A DNA stretch of 64,000 bases from Geosiphon pyriformis uo1 (Eukaryota; Fungi; Glomeromycota): NCBI GenBank assembly GCA_016748015.1, contig JAAOMT010000400.1, positions 446,035 to 510,034 of the forward strand, in the 5' to 3' direction. The notes under the pieces are model-generated. The model was not told where the DNA came from. It worked only from the letters and a program-made list of their open reading frames with translations, and ran no database searches. A program made the translations under genes and the position numbers. Below are positions 1 to 12,809 of the stretch, one piece after another. The stretch's first letter is position 1, and every line of letters starts with the position of its first letter.

Positions 1-1138
1 TTCTTGACAACTTCAATTCCGTCTGGAATGTTGAATCTTTGCTTGCAGTGGGTGTAAATTGACTGGTAATACTCTAGAGTTGTTGCATCTGGTGTGGTTG
101 TCACTTTGAATTTGTTGTTGCTGTGTTATTTCTGTGGGAGAGCACCAAATGTTACTGGAGGTTTTTGGTCTCTTTTCTGTAATATTGTTGATGCCTGTTT
201 GCTATGAATTCACGTTTTCTGAATGTGGTTGAACCTCCAGTAACTGAATTTATCTTCAAATTATTTCTTATAATTTGAACTGCTGGGCTTATAAGTGGAA
301 TGACTAATTCCGTGCCAGTTATTTTGTATAGTTACATTGTAGTAAATGTCAACTCTTTCTCAGGAATTGCTCATCTGGAAGCTCACTAAAAAAAATGTAT
401 AGTTACTTTGCTGTGAAAGTCAACTCTTCTACAGGAATTTTCGTCTGTAGGCTACCCAAATGATTTATAATAAGAAAAGAAAGAGAATAAAAGAAGTGTA
501 AAAGAAAAAGTAAAACTGATGATGTATGGAAGTTGTTTCGGATCCAGGCCTGGAAGTGCTTTAACAGTCTACTGAAATTGGTAGCTAATCAATTTCAAAC
601 TGTTAGTAGGAATTGATTAATTTCAAGGGAAATAATTTAAGAATTTGACTTTTCAAATTTATTTGATATTTTATTTTGTTTTTGTGTATAGAGGATGATT
701 CTAATTATTAAATCTGAAGTAAAATACATTTCCTTGAAGAGAGAAGCTCTTCTTTTATACAACTTGTCATAACACTATTCTATGAACTTGAACTTTGCTA
801 TTTTCTATAATTTTGTCGAACTAAAGATACATTTCAGCAAACTACAAGTTATTTCTGCAAACTATTAGATATTTCGGTGAACTATCAATTATTTCGGCAA
901 ATTTCTTACAAATTTCGAACTTTTTGAATGTTACATAGTTTGGGGTATTGCATGATTGATCATTGTAATTAGGTTACATTTGTGTTATGTACAAATTGGA
1001 TTATTAATTAAATGATAATTTCGGATATTTTGCTAATATAATAAGTGATAATTTGAAATGATAATATATGCTAATTAATGATAAGATTTATAAGGGTAAT
1101 TTTATGCTAAACAATATCTCTAATTTTGTTTGGTAATA
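1..1138 (-). mobile_element. 5' end of a nested LTR retrotransposon (5' LTR 150-1138, PBS, start of internal region); continues off the left edge
   Basis: On the minus strand the LTR ends ...GTAACA at 150, followed by TT+TGGTGCTCTCCCACAGA (PBS-like, 131-147). The other terminus TATTACC (decayed TGTTACC) at 1138 interrupts the end of the RNase H region (ENANG motif) of the Gypsy element to the right. ~20-bp tandem repeats at ~810-920. Confidence 0.7.
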
Positions 1139-1142
1139 CCAT

Positions 1143-4100
1143 TAGCATTTTCGTTTTTTTTTCTTTTTTTGTAATATACTGTATATTTAAATAGTAAAAG
1201 TTTTATTTTCCATCTAGCATGACAGTTGTTTTCAAATTTTTGTTTCTGAATTAATGTCAATCCTTTGTAATTAGTATAGATGTCAAATTTCTGGCTTAAG
1301 TATTTTTTCTATTTCATAACTGCCTAATAAATAGTTAGGTGTTCTAATGCTAGTGTTCTATAGTTTTTTTTGGCTAGACTTAAACTTTGGCTAGCATATG
1401 TTACTGGGTGTTCTCTTTTATCTGGTCTTCTCTGTAATAATACTGCTCCCAATACTTGATCTGATGTATTGGTAGTAATAATAAATGACTTGCTGTGATC
1501 TGAATAGATCAATACTGATGCTTAAATGAGCTTTTTTCTTAAAGTGTCAAAAGCTTTTTGTTATTTTTCAGTCCATTTATATTTCACATTCTTGGCTTAA
1601 AGCTGGTGGAATGGTTGAGCCAGTTTGAAGAAGTTTTGGATAAAGCATTAATAATATCTAGCAAATTCTAAGAATGCTCATAGTTCTATCAAATTTGTTA
1701 GTACTAGAAAGTTTTTGACAATTTCAATCTTGTTTGAATTTATCTTAATGCTATTTTTGCTCATAATATGTTCTAGAAATTTCAATTTCATTTTGTCAAA
1801 AAAGCACTTGGTTGTATTCAGTTTCAATTTTGCTCTTTTCAATCTTTTGAACACTTGCTAAAGATAATACAAATGATCATCAAATGTTTTTAAGAATACA
1901 TTGGTGTTATCCAAATATATAACTACTGATTTCTATAGCAGTCTGGTATAAACAATTTCCATAAACTGTTAAAATGTAGCTAAAGTATTGATTAAGCCAA
2001 ATGGCATGACTTCAAATTCAAAATTCTTTTCTCTGATAGTGAATGTGGTTTTTTTTTGTTAGCTGAATTCATGGCTACTTGCCAATAACCACTATTTAAG
2101 TCTAATATAGAGAACCATTTCTTTTTCTGAAAGCATCAAATAATTCTTGGATTTGTGGAATAGAGTAATTGTCTTCACAAGTTATATCATTGAGTTTTTT
2201 ATAATTTACACAAAAGCAGATTTTTCTATTCTTCTTATAAACTAGTACTACTGGTAATGACTATGGACTTATTAATAGTTGAATTAATTTATTGTTCAAC
2301 ATTCTGTTGATTTTTTGTTAGATGATTTTATGACTGGCTGGTAACACTCAGTATGCTTTCTGTTTAATTGGCATTGCATCTCTAGTTTTGATCTGATGCT
2401 AAATAATATCAGTTCAGCCAAATTTATTTTTACTGGCAAAAATGTTAGTGAATTTGTTAAGTAATATTTTGAGTTGTATCTGTTAAAGTGGGTCTAAGTT
2501 TTCTAAGTTCATTTGTTCTAATTGTTTTGGTTGGAGCAAATAATATTTTTCTTATCCATATATTGTTTATAATGTAATATTTACATATTCACACAGTTGT
2601 AAAAAATTTGAAATAGTGTTTGGTGGTTGGTCTTTAACTTTAGTGTTTAAATATTCAATAGTGGTTTCTTTTAGTATTTCAATAATGTTTCTAGTTATAT
2701 TGTAGATAAGAATTTTGATGTGTTTAGGGCTCTTGACTGGTATGTAAAAATTGGTGATTCTAATTTTTCCTAATTTACAAATGTTAGTTTCTGCTTCAAA
2801 AATTTGGGCTTGATTTTTTACTTTTTTTTCTATGGCTAACAGATACTAGTCATATGGTGAAATAGAAATTAATTGTCAGGTAGAAATAATTTTTTTTTTG
2901 TTAATAACTTTTTCTTTTGCCATATTAACTAATACATCTATTTTTTCTGTGAATCCAAATCCACTTATTTCTCTTGCTGTCATCCCTAATTTTTCTTTTT
3001 TTCTTACTAATATTAACTGAACTATTTTAACCAGAAATAAAAATATCACTTGTGCTATCTTTTTATTTGGTTCAATAATATATTCTTTCTTTAAGTTATT
3101 TTGTAACATTGCAATAATATTTTCTACATATCCTGTGTTAATTATTCCTTCTCTAATGTTAATTTTCTTCTTCACTAAACTAGATTTAGATGTTAATTGA
3201 ACCATAATTGTTGCTAGAATTTCTAGTATTACTTTCAAATCAATACAAGTGTACAAATGTGGTTTCAATTTAATGATATCTTTTTCTGAATATCTAAGAT
3301 CAAATTTGGCATTAGTATTATGTACACATTCCAGCATAATGTCTTCATCATTATTACTAAACCATTTTAGTTTTTGTTTTTTTGTAAGATCAGAAAGTGC
3401 AATATATTGTTTTGAATTTAAATCAAAGTCCAAATTATTGTTATCAATGTTGTTATTTTAGACTGAGCTGAAACTATTGTTTTTATTATCATTATTATCA
3501 GAGTTTGAATTAAGATTGAATAGTGCTTTTGATTCCAATTTGCAGCTACTGATTGGTTCTTCCTCTTTGAAGATCATGTAGATTATGTGTAATGATAGAT
3601 TGTAAATAAGGTTATACTCATTAAAATATTAAAAATCACAGGAAATTAGACAGTATTGACAAAGTCAAGTATTCAGCTGTTTTAGTCATTATTCTTGTTT
3701 TTCTTTATTCAGTGTTAGATTCTGGTAATATTTATGAAATTGCTCAGAATTGTTCTTAATGTTATCAAAAACATCAAAAGTTAGGACGTATTCTAGTTTA
3801 GAGAGTATTAAGAGATTATTCTTGATTTTTAGTATCTTACTAAGTGAAGCACCTTCTGCTTTTACACTTGCCATTCTTCAGATCTCATGTTTGTCATGTA
3901 GATAACCTTCTAATCTTTTTAGTGCTCATTTTTAGACATTATTGATAAACATTCTTTTTATACTCAGTCATTGATTAAAATTGTGTATTGGCACAATTTG
4001 TCACATATTCCTTCTTGTTTAGGAATGTCATTTCACATTCTTTTATCAGGTAAAATGGTTTCACACATAAGACAAGGTTTGTTGTCTCATTTTTTTTGTC

Positions 4101-7100
4101 TTTTTGGTCTTTCAAATTGCTCAAAAACACATAGGTAACAGTAATACTTGGTTGCTGTTAGCTATTCTTTGTTGTTGCCATAGTATGTGCCCATTGATGA
4201 CAATTTCTTGTTACAATCAATGCAAATTAGCTTGAGTTGATAATAGTTTGGCTGTGGTTGAGTGGTAGTAATATATAGTATATAGATAGAGGTTGTTGCT
4301 TGGTGTTTTTCTTCTTTTCTCTCTTTCTTTTTTTCTTTTGTGTAGGCACTAGTAGTAAGTTATTGTGGTTATCATTAGCCCACAAAACTTGGTAGACTTT
4401 CCAGGTAAGTTTTTTTTTTTTCTTCTAATTTAATTAGTGGAGCTTGAATAGTATTGGTTGGTTTAAAATGACCACATATGACTGGTACTCGAATGTGCTA
4501 ACTGTTTTGGCTGAGTTGCAATTCTTGAGTGATCAATTAAGTACAGCATTTGTCTTAAACAACCAGTTATTACCAACCAGAGCTTAGTACTAAGTGGCTT
4601 CTATAATGAAAACTTTAATCAGTACACTAATGCCATTGACTTTGATTGGGAAGTTGTTGATTTTGCTAATTGGAGTCTTGGTGGTTTCATCAACAGTAAT
4701 AATTCTAATGCTAGTAGTGTGATCAACTTGGTGACTTAATTGGTCCATAAATTGCTTGATAATAATGCTGTCTGCTGAACTACTATTTAAGATCAGTTTG
4801 ATAAACTGATCATCAACTTTGGCATCAGTGTATATCATAGTAATGGGTTTTGTGTCCAGAGTGACTTTATTAAATAATAGAGTTATTACTGGTTTCTCAA
4901 ATTCAAAGAGAAAAATCATGGCTAGTAATTCGACATTTGTAATGGTTGCTGAAGGTATATTGTTGGTAAATGGCTTTTGGTTGGTTTTTTAATGATTGGA
5001 TTGAATGTCTTTTGGAGTAACCAAAAGACTTAAATAGTATTGAGTGTTTAGATTTTGTGTGTAGCTAGTTTTCGAATTTTGCTATCATGATCCAGATTGT
5101 TGGACTGCTAAACTAAAGATCAATTGGTGCATTACCATTATTAATTGCCAATTTTGACAGATTTATGTAGTTCTTAGTCTCTGGTTTCTGTTTTAAGATA
5201 AGTTTTGTGATGGTGTTAAAATTGGTTAGATTAATAAATTAGCTGGGTTTGGAATAGTTAATAAATTACTGGGGCTGGGTGTTGATAAATTGGTGCTTGA
5301 TAAATTGGCTGCATTATTTAAGAGTAATAAGGCTAATATTGGTATTGTTTATTTGATAAATTATTGGCATAGTTTGGGATTTGAAATTTGTGATTAAAGT
5401 TTTGATATTGAGTTTTTGATCATTGGTTATTTAACCTTAACTGGCAATCTATTTTTAGATGTTTTTGTTTACCATAATAGTGGCAAATACATATTTCTTG
5501 TAGCCATTGTTAATTTAATGATGATAATTATAATTGATGTTGGAGTCAATTGAAATTTTTTGGGTTTTCATGATATTATGGCAGCTGATAAATAATCTGA
5601 TTGCTATTATTATTAGCTAAATATCTCTCTAGTTTCTGATTAATCAAATCACTAAATTGTTTCAGCTTAGAATCCAATTCAGATGATCTATTCATTACTA
5701 GGTTTACAACTTGAGCTTGTTTGGCTTTTAACTCAGTTGATTTAAAATCTCTGGCATAAGTGACTGTATCTTATAGCATGTCTGGGTGCATTGGCCATAT
5801 TCATTGTAAGATAATGCTGTGTAGACTATAAATGAATTGATTCAAAATTTGAGGTGCTATAAAATAATCCATGTTAATTGCTTGAATCTGGTGCAGATTC
5901 TTATAAAAGCATTTCAGATAAATGGTAACTGCTTCAGTTTTTCCTTGTTTAATAGTAGTAAAATGGGTGAGCAATCAATTAATGCTGTTGTGATTGTTAA
6001 AATACTGTAAAAAAGCAGTTTTGAATGCATCAAATGTGTTGGATTTATTTATAAAACTTTGATACTATGAGTTGGCTGTATCTTGGAGAAAATAAAAAAT
6101 GACTTACAGTGCCCTCACATTATCCCAACCATTGGCTACAATTGCTTTCTCTATATTATTGAGCCAGACTTGAGCATTTTTTTCTTTGCTAGTAAATTTC
6201 TCGAGTTTGATAATAGATACATATGCTATTGATACTAGCTGCTGTAATTGCTGTGGATTTTGTTGATGGTAAGAAATGGGAATTGGGGTTCCTGGTAGAT
6301 AAATCTGTATAATTAAAAGTAGGTTTTTTTGATTAATAGGAACAGAGTTTAGATTGTTCAGGTTTTGTAAAATTGAACCAATCAGAGTTTGTATTTTTGG
6401 GTTTTTTAAGATTGGGTTTTGATTATTAATTTCCTAATCACTATTTTTCTCTTCCTTAGAGTTGATTATTTCTCAAGGACTAGTGATTTCGAAATCTGGT
6501 TGTGGTAGTAGTGATCAAACTCCTGATAGTATTGGGAATCACAATTTAAATTCCTCAAAATACTCACCATATGTTCCTAATAACTTTGCTTTTTTTTGTT
6601 TATTTTGAAACAAAATTCTGTTTAGTGGTGTTGTCACATTTGCAATGAACATACCTATTATATTAATGATGCTTCTGAGTATGTGATGATATAATGGATT
6701 AGCAGATAAATCAAATTTTTGTTTCTTTCAGGTGGATAATTGTATTTGCTTTGGGATTTCTGCTGGTGTTTGTAATCTTTCTTTTCCTTTGTTAGCAAAG
6801 ATAATGAAAAATCTTTGTTTAGTGTACTTTTTAATTTCTCTGTTTATTTCTGTGATTATTGGTACAAATAGATGCTTCTGTGGTAATGTAGTGCTTTAGA
6901 ATAATTTACTGAAGAAGTTGTTAAAAATGGATTCTGGATCTCTTTGGCCTCTCAAATAATATACAATTTTTTTGTTGACATAGCAATTAAAAGCTGATTC
7001 TGTTGGCCAATTATTATTTGTCAATCCTAGATGACTTTTGTAATACTGGAATAAAAATTTCACAAATCCCAAGTGGTTTGTTTTTAGTTTTTCTAATTCT

Positions 7101-7140
7101 GCCACTGTTTTGAATGGTTGTTGTTGATGCTGGTTTTTTG
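1143..7140 (-). pseudogene. gag-pol polyprotein of Gypsy copy 1, many premature stops
   Basis: ORF-track fragments 6896-7168, 4590-4919, 3689-3874, 2876-3433 and 1324-1512 are colinear domains of one polyprotein. Confidence 0.85.
2950..3340 (-). pseudogene. dUTPase domain of Gypsy copy 1
   Basis: All five trimeric dUTPase motifs are recognisable after G>A/C>T decay: AKFDL (AGFDL), KSSL (RSSL), GIINTGYVE (GIIDxGYxG), IAQ, REISGFGFT (RGxxGFGST). Confidence 0.9.
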
Positions 7141-7169
7141 TTAGATTATACCTTACAAAAAACACCAAA

Positions 7170-8015
7170 TGTTACAAGTGATTATTTGGGGTTTCAAATC
7201 AAATAACAAACCTGTAACTTGGTATTTAATAGCTGTTATAATTAATATTCTCTAAAGGTTTTGGTTGAGTTCTTTGTATAATAGACAAATATTCAATAGT
7301 TGTTTTAGTAGCCTTCCAAAATCGCAATTCCATTGAATTTCTTTTTTTAGTATGATGGCCAGTTTATTCTAGTAGTCATGCCCTTTTGGTAAGCTATTCT
7401 TAATTTCTGAGTTCCCTATCTTTATTTCATGGGTCTTTTACCAGACTATTTTTGATGTTAATAACTTAATGCTTAATCTCTTTAATTAGTTAGTAATACA
7501 ATAAAAGAAAGTAAAATAAAGAAAAATAAAAGAAATAAAAAAATAAAAAAATAAGCCAAGACAATAAAAAGTTAGTATCTGTTAATAGCCATAATCAAGA
7601 GCTATTGTTCTAGTGTGATTAAGTATTGGATACTATTAACATATAGTGTTAATAATAAAAAGAATAATTTAAATAGTTATTTTATTAATATTGCTAATTC
7701 TATTCTATAAGATCTTTTTTTTGCTTTTAATGTTCTCACTATATATACATAATTTGAGTTTTATAAGATTGCTCATATTTTTGAGTGATGTGCTATGATT
7801 TCTTAAGCAATGTGCTCTAATTTTCTAAAATTGCTCCATATTGTTGAGCAATATGCCATAATTTTCTGATAATGCTTTATATTACTGAGCAATGTGCCAT
7901 AATTTCTAACAATGCTTTACATTGTTAAACAATGTGCTCATATGTTAACTATTATTTCTCTATTGGTCTATCTGTTTTTTCTATTATTTTCTTGTATGTT
8001 TTTCTATAAGTAACA
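7170..8015 (-). repeat. 5' LTR of Gypsy copy 1
   Basis: TGTTAC...GTAACA termini, ~33-bp U3 tandem repeats at ~7790-7940, adjacent PBS; flank GCAT at 8016-8019. Confidence 0.88.
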
Positions 8016-11000
8016 GCATTAGTAATTTTTTTCAATTGATTAATATTTAATGTGTTTATTATTAAGTATAACAGTATTTCTGAACAGTCTTAAAATTTTA
8101 CTTATAATTAGTATATTGCTTGTGTCTATATAAGTAGATTGTTTTTTTTTACAAATTGTTTTATTTGTTATAATATTATTATATTAAACATTTGTCTTGT
8201 TTTATTTGTATACAAGTACTAAATATTGAGCTTTTGTTCCAAATAATAAAAGCAAAAATTTCTAGAAAATTGTTGTATTCACCATTTTTAATTTTTTTCT
8301 GTTAGCTTCTTATATAGTACTATTGTCTTTGGTATTTTTAATGACATTTTTACTTTTGTTATTATATTATTTACAATGTTTTTAAGTTTTATGTATATCT
8401 TATATTGAACTTTGTATTGGAGTTTTGGTTTTTTTTTTGTGTTTTATATTGAATAGTTTGTTGATTAATTGTAATTTTTATGTTTAGTTTTTAATATTTA
8501 ATAACTTAAAATAATTGTTGGATTAGGAAGTGAATATTGTTTGTAATTTCTATTTTTTCTGTTGTTTTTGTTATGTGTATTGGTTTTTTATATACTGTTT
8601 TAATAGATTAATCTGATGTATTTGTGTCAATAATTATAATTGGTTCCAAATTTCATGAAATTTTATCTGATTGGACTAGTATTTATTGTATTCTCAGTTG
8701 TAAAATATTACTAATAAATGATAATACTATATTGTAGTATAGTTTCAGTTAATTATTATGTACTGCTTTAGCTAAAATTTTGTTGTTTTATCTTAACTTA
8801 TAGGCTCTATTTTCCAGAATTTTTTCAATGTAAAATGAACTGTCTTATTTAGAGTTAAACTTTCTACTTTATTGTTTTTCTGTTTAGTATAATATAAAAA
8901 TACTTTGTCTTTAATTCTAAATTTGGCTGGTTTATTTAATAACTGGTTATTATGTTGTTTTTTTTGTTTTTTCTGTGACTTTTGTATGTTATCAGCTGCT
9001 CTTTATCTTTTGTTTTCTAGAGTTTTTATTAAGTTATATGTATTTTTTAGCAATTTTTCTTGAAAATTGACTTTTATTATTGGTTTAACTAGATATGTAT
9101 TGATTTTTATTTTAACTAATAATATTGCTGTTTTATTATAGACTAATTTAAATAGTATTACTTGTATAATATCTTGTTTTATTGTCTGATAAGCAAATAA
9201 TACTAATAATATAAACAAATTTTATTTGTCTTAGTTTTTTTGGCTGATTTTGGCTATTATTTTACACAATATTCTGTTGAATTTTTTGACTAAGCCATTT
9301 GTTTGTAGATAATATAGTAATAATAATAGTCTTTTAACTCTAGATTTTTGACTTAATTCTATTAATATTCTGTTTACAAAATAAGTTTTTTGGTCTGATA
9401 ACAATTTTTTTGAATATTTATGTCAACAAATTAAATTCTAATATAGAAATTTGGCTATAAATTCTGTATTTGTTCTTTAAATTGCTTTAACTTTTGTCTA
9501 TTTTGTGAGATAATTTATGGCTATTGCTATATATTAGTTGTTTTTGTTGGTTATAATTAATAGTTTAACTAAATTAATTCCAATTTAATTAAATAATTGT
9601 TCTACTTTAATTAGTTTTAATGGTTTACTGAGTCTTGTTCTTCTTCTTCTTTAATAAACATTACAATTTTAAACATATTGAATAATATTTAAATATATTA
9701 ATAGCTAATAGTATCTTTTTCTAGTTTTTTTTATGATTGTTTTTTTATGGAAATGTTCTGCAATTAAATTTGAGTATATATTAAACAATATTGTCTTTTT
9801 TTTTAATTCTGTGATTACTCTAAGTGACTAGTCTAAATTTTTTAATATAGTATATTTTGGTAAATAATAAAATATTTTGATTATTGTTTTATGTTGTTTT
9901 ATATTGTTTTGTTTTTTTTAAGATAATTTTTCTTTAAACTGTTAAGCATTAATATAATATTGAAGTTGTTGGTATTTTGGTGTGTTTATTTTTTGTTATA
10001 TTTTTGGATTAAAATTTTTTTAAATTTGTTTCATTTGTAACAAGCCATTAATATTTCTGTTTTTTTTTTTTATAATATTTAATATAATTAAATAGTAATA
10101 ATTCTATTTTTTATCTTATATGACAATTATTTCCAAATTTTTACTTCTGAATTAATATTAATCTTTTATAATTAATATATATATCAAATTTTTGACTTAA
10201 ATATTCTTTTTATTTGATAACAGTCCAATAAATAACTAAGTATTCTAATGCTAAAATGTCATAGTTCTTTTCAGTTAAACTTAAACTTTAGTTAACATAT
10301 ATTATTAAATGTTTTTATTTATTAGATTTTTTTTGTAATAGTATAGCTCTCAATGTTTATTCAGATGTATTGATAGTAATAATAAATAATTTGTTGTAAT
10401 CTAAATAAATTATTACTAGAGCTTAAATAAGTTTTTTTCTTAATATGTCAAAAACTTCTTGGTAATTTTCAGTTTATTTATATTTAATGTTCTTTGCTTA
10501 GAGCTAATAAAGTAGTTAAACCAATTTAGAAAAGTTTTGTATAAAGCAGTAATAGTATTTAGTAAATTCCAAGAATATTTTTAGTTTTGTTAAGTTTGTT
10601 AATACAAAAAAGTTTTTAACTATTTTGATTTTGTTTGGATCTGTTTTAATGCTGTTTTTGCTTACAATATGTCTTAAAAACTTAAATTCAGTTTTTTCAA
10701 AGAAAAATTTAGTGACATTCAACTTTAGTCTTACTTATTTTAATTTTTCAAACACTTATTAGAGATAATAAAAATGATCATTAAATGTTTTAGAGAATAT
10801 ATTAGTGTTATCTAAATAGATTATTATTGATTTCCATAGTAATTTAATGTAAACAATTTCATTACCTATTGAAAGATAACTAGAACATTGATTAAGCCAA
10901 AAAGCATAATATTGAATTCAAAGTTTTTTTTTCTTATGATAAATACTGTTTTCTTCTTGTCAGCTAAATTTATAGCTACTTATTAGTAATTATTATCTAA

Positions 11001-11979
11001 ATTTAATGTTGAAAACCATTTTTTTTCTTCAAAAGCATTGAATAGTTTTTGAATCTGTAAAGTAGAATAATTGTCTTTACAAATAATACTGTTAAGTTTT
11101 TTATAATTTACACAAAAGTAGATCTTTTCATTTTTTTTTGAATAAATATTATTAGTAATAACTATAAACTTATTAATAATTAAATTAATTTATTGTCTAA
11201 CATACAGTTGATTTCTTAATAAATAATTTTATGATTGGTAGATGGTATTTGGTATGCTTTTTGTTTAATTGGTATTGTATTTCCAGTTTTAATTTAGTGT
11301 TGTATAATGTCAGTTTTGTCAAATTTATTTTTACTTGCAAAAATATCAATGAAATTGTTAAATAGCAGCTTGAATTGTATAAGTTAAAATGAGTCTAAAT
11401 TTCCTAAGTTTATTTGCTTCAATTATTTTGGTTATAGCAAATAACATTCTTTTTGTTTATAAATAATCTGTAATGTAATGTCCACATATTCACACAGTTG
11501 TAAAAAATTTGAAATAGTAATTAATGCTTAATTTTCAACTTTAGTGCTTAAATATCTGATAATAGTTCTATTTAATATTTCTATTGAGTCTTTAGTTATG
11601 TTGTATATTAAAATTTTAATGTGTTTGTGGTTTTTGGCTAATATATAAAAATTAGTGATAACAATTTCTTCTAATCTATAAATAGTAAATTTAACTTTAA
11701 AAATTTGAAATTAATCTTTTTTTTTTTTTTTTATAGCTAATATATATTAATTATATGATAAAATAAAAATTAATTAATAAGTAAAAATAATTTCTTTCTG
11801 ATTAATTGTTTTTTTTTCTGCCATATTAACTGGTATTTTTATTCTATCTGTAAATTTAAATTTTTTTTATTCTTTTTGCTGTAATTCTTATATTTTATTT
11901 TATTTTTACTAATATTAATTGAGTTATTTTACCAAAAATAAAAATATTGTCTGTGTTATTTTTTTATTTGGTTTAATGA

Positions 11980-12809
11980 TGTTACTCATAAAGAAAATGT
12001 ATAAAAGAAAATAATAAGAAAACAAATAGACCAATAGAAGAGTAATAATTAGCATGTGAGCACATTGCTCAGTAATATAAAGCAATATCAGAAATTATAA
12101 CATATTGCTCAGCAATGTGAAGCAATATTAGAAAATTAGGGCATATTGCTCAAGAAATTATAGCACATTATACAAGAATGTAAGCAATTTTATAGAACTT
12201 AAATTATGTATATATAGCAAAAGCATTAGAAGCAAAAAAACAAAATAATTACTAATACCTCTCTATTATTATATTTTTATTAAAATTATCAATATCAATA
12301 AATAATTATTCACTATCTAAATCACTTTTCTTACTATTAATACTTTATGTTAATAGTATTAAATACTTGATTATACTGGAATAATAGCTCTTGATTATGG
12401 CTATTGATGGAATACTAACTTTATTATCTTGGCTTATATTTTATTTCTTTAATTTTCTTTTATATTTTATTTCTTGTTGTTGACTAATTGATTAAGGATT
12501 AAGCACTAAGTTATTGACATCAAGAATTGCCTGGTAAAAGACCTCTGCAAGAGGGTAGATACTTGAATTTAAGGATTACTTATCAAAAAATTACCAGTTA
12601 CTACACTGAGAAAAAAATTCGATAGAATTGCAATTCTGGAAGATTATTAATAAAACAATCATTGAATCTCTGTCTATTATACAAAGAACTCCAACCCAAA
12701 ACCTTTAGATTATGAAAACCTTCAGAATAATTACCAATATAATTAGCTATTGAGCACCAAGTTATGAGTTTGTTATTTGATTCAAAACCCTAAATAATCA
12801 CTTGTAACA
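11980..12809 (+). repeat. Solo LTR inserted in the dUTPase domain of copy 2
   Basis: TGTTACTC...TGTAACA termini; TSD ATGA/ATGG. Removing it restores alignment to the copy 1 dUTPase (ttcaataatatattc vs tttaatggtatatac). Confidence 0.9.

Larger units (their letters stand above)
1139..8015 (-). mobile_element. Ty3/Gypsy LTR retrotransposon copy 1 (degenerate; integrase lies beyond the nested insertion, off window)
   Basis: Minus strand: 5' LTR 7170-8015, PBS ~7151-7167, gag with CCHC knuckle (~5440-5500), protease (IKLIL[D]S..A.SII, ~4760-4805), dUTPase, RT (YLD[D] at ~1906-1917), RNase H (FIITTN[D]TS...HPVTYASQSL, ORF 1324-1512). Confidence 0.92.

Noticed and set aside
7790-7940. ~33-bp repeats suggestive of a CRISPR array (also 16500-16690 and 810-920)
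   Set aside because: Head-to-tail tandem repeats without unique spacers, inside eukaryotic LTR U3 regions.
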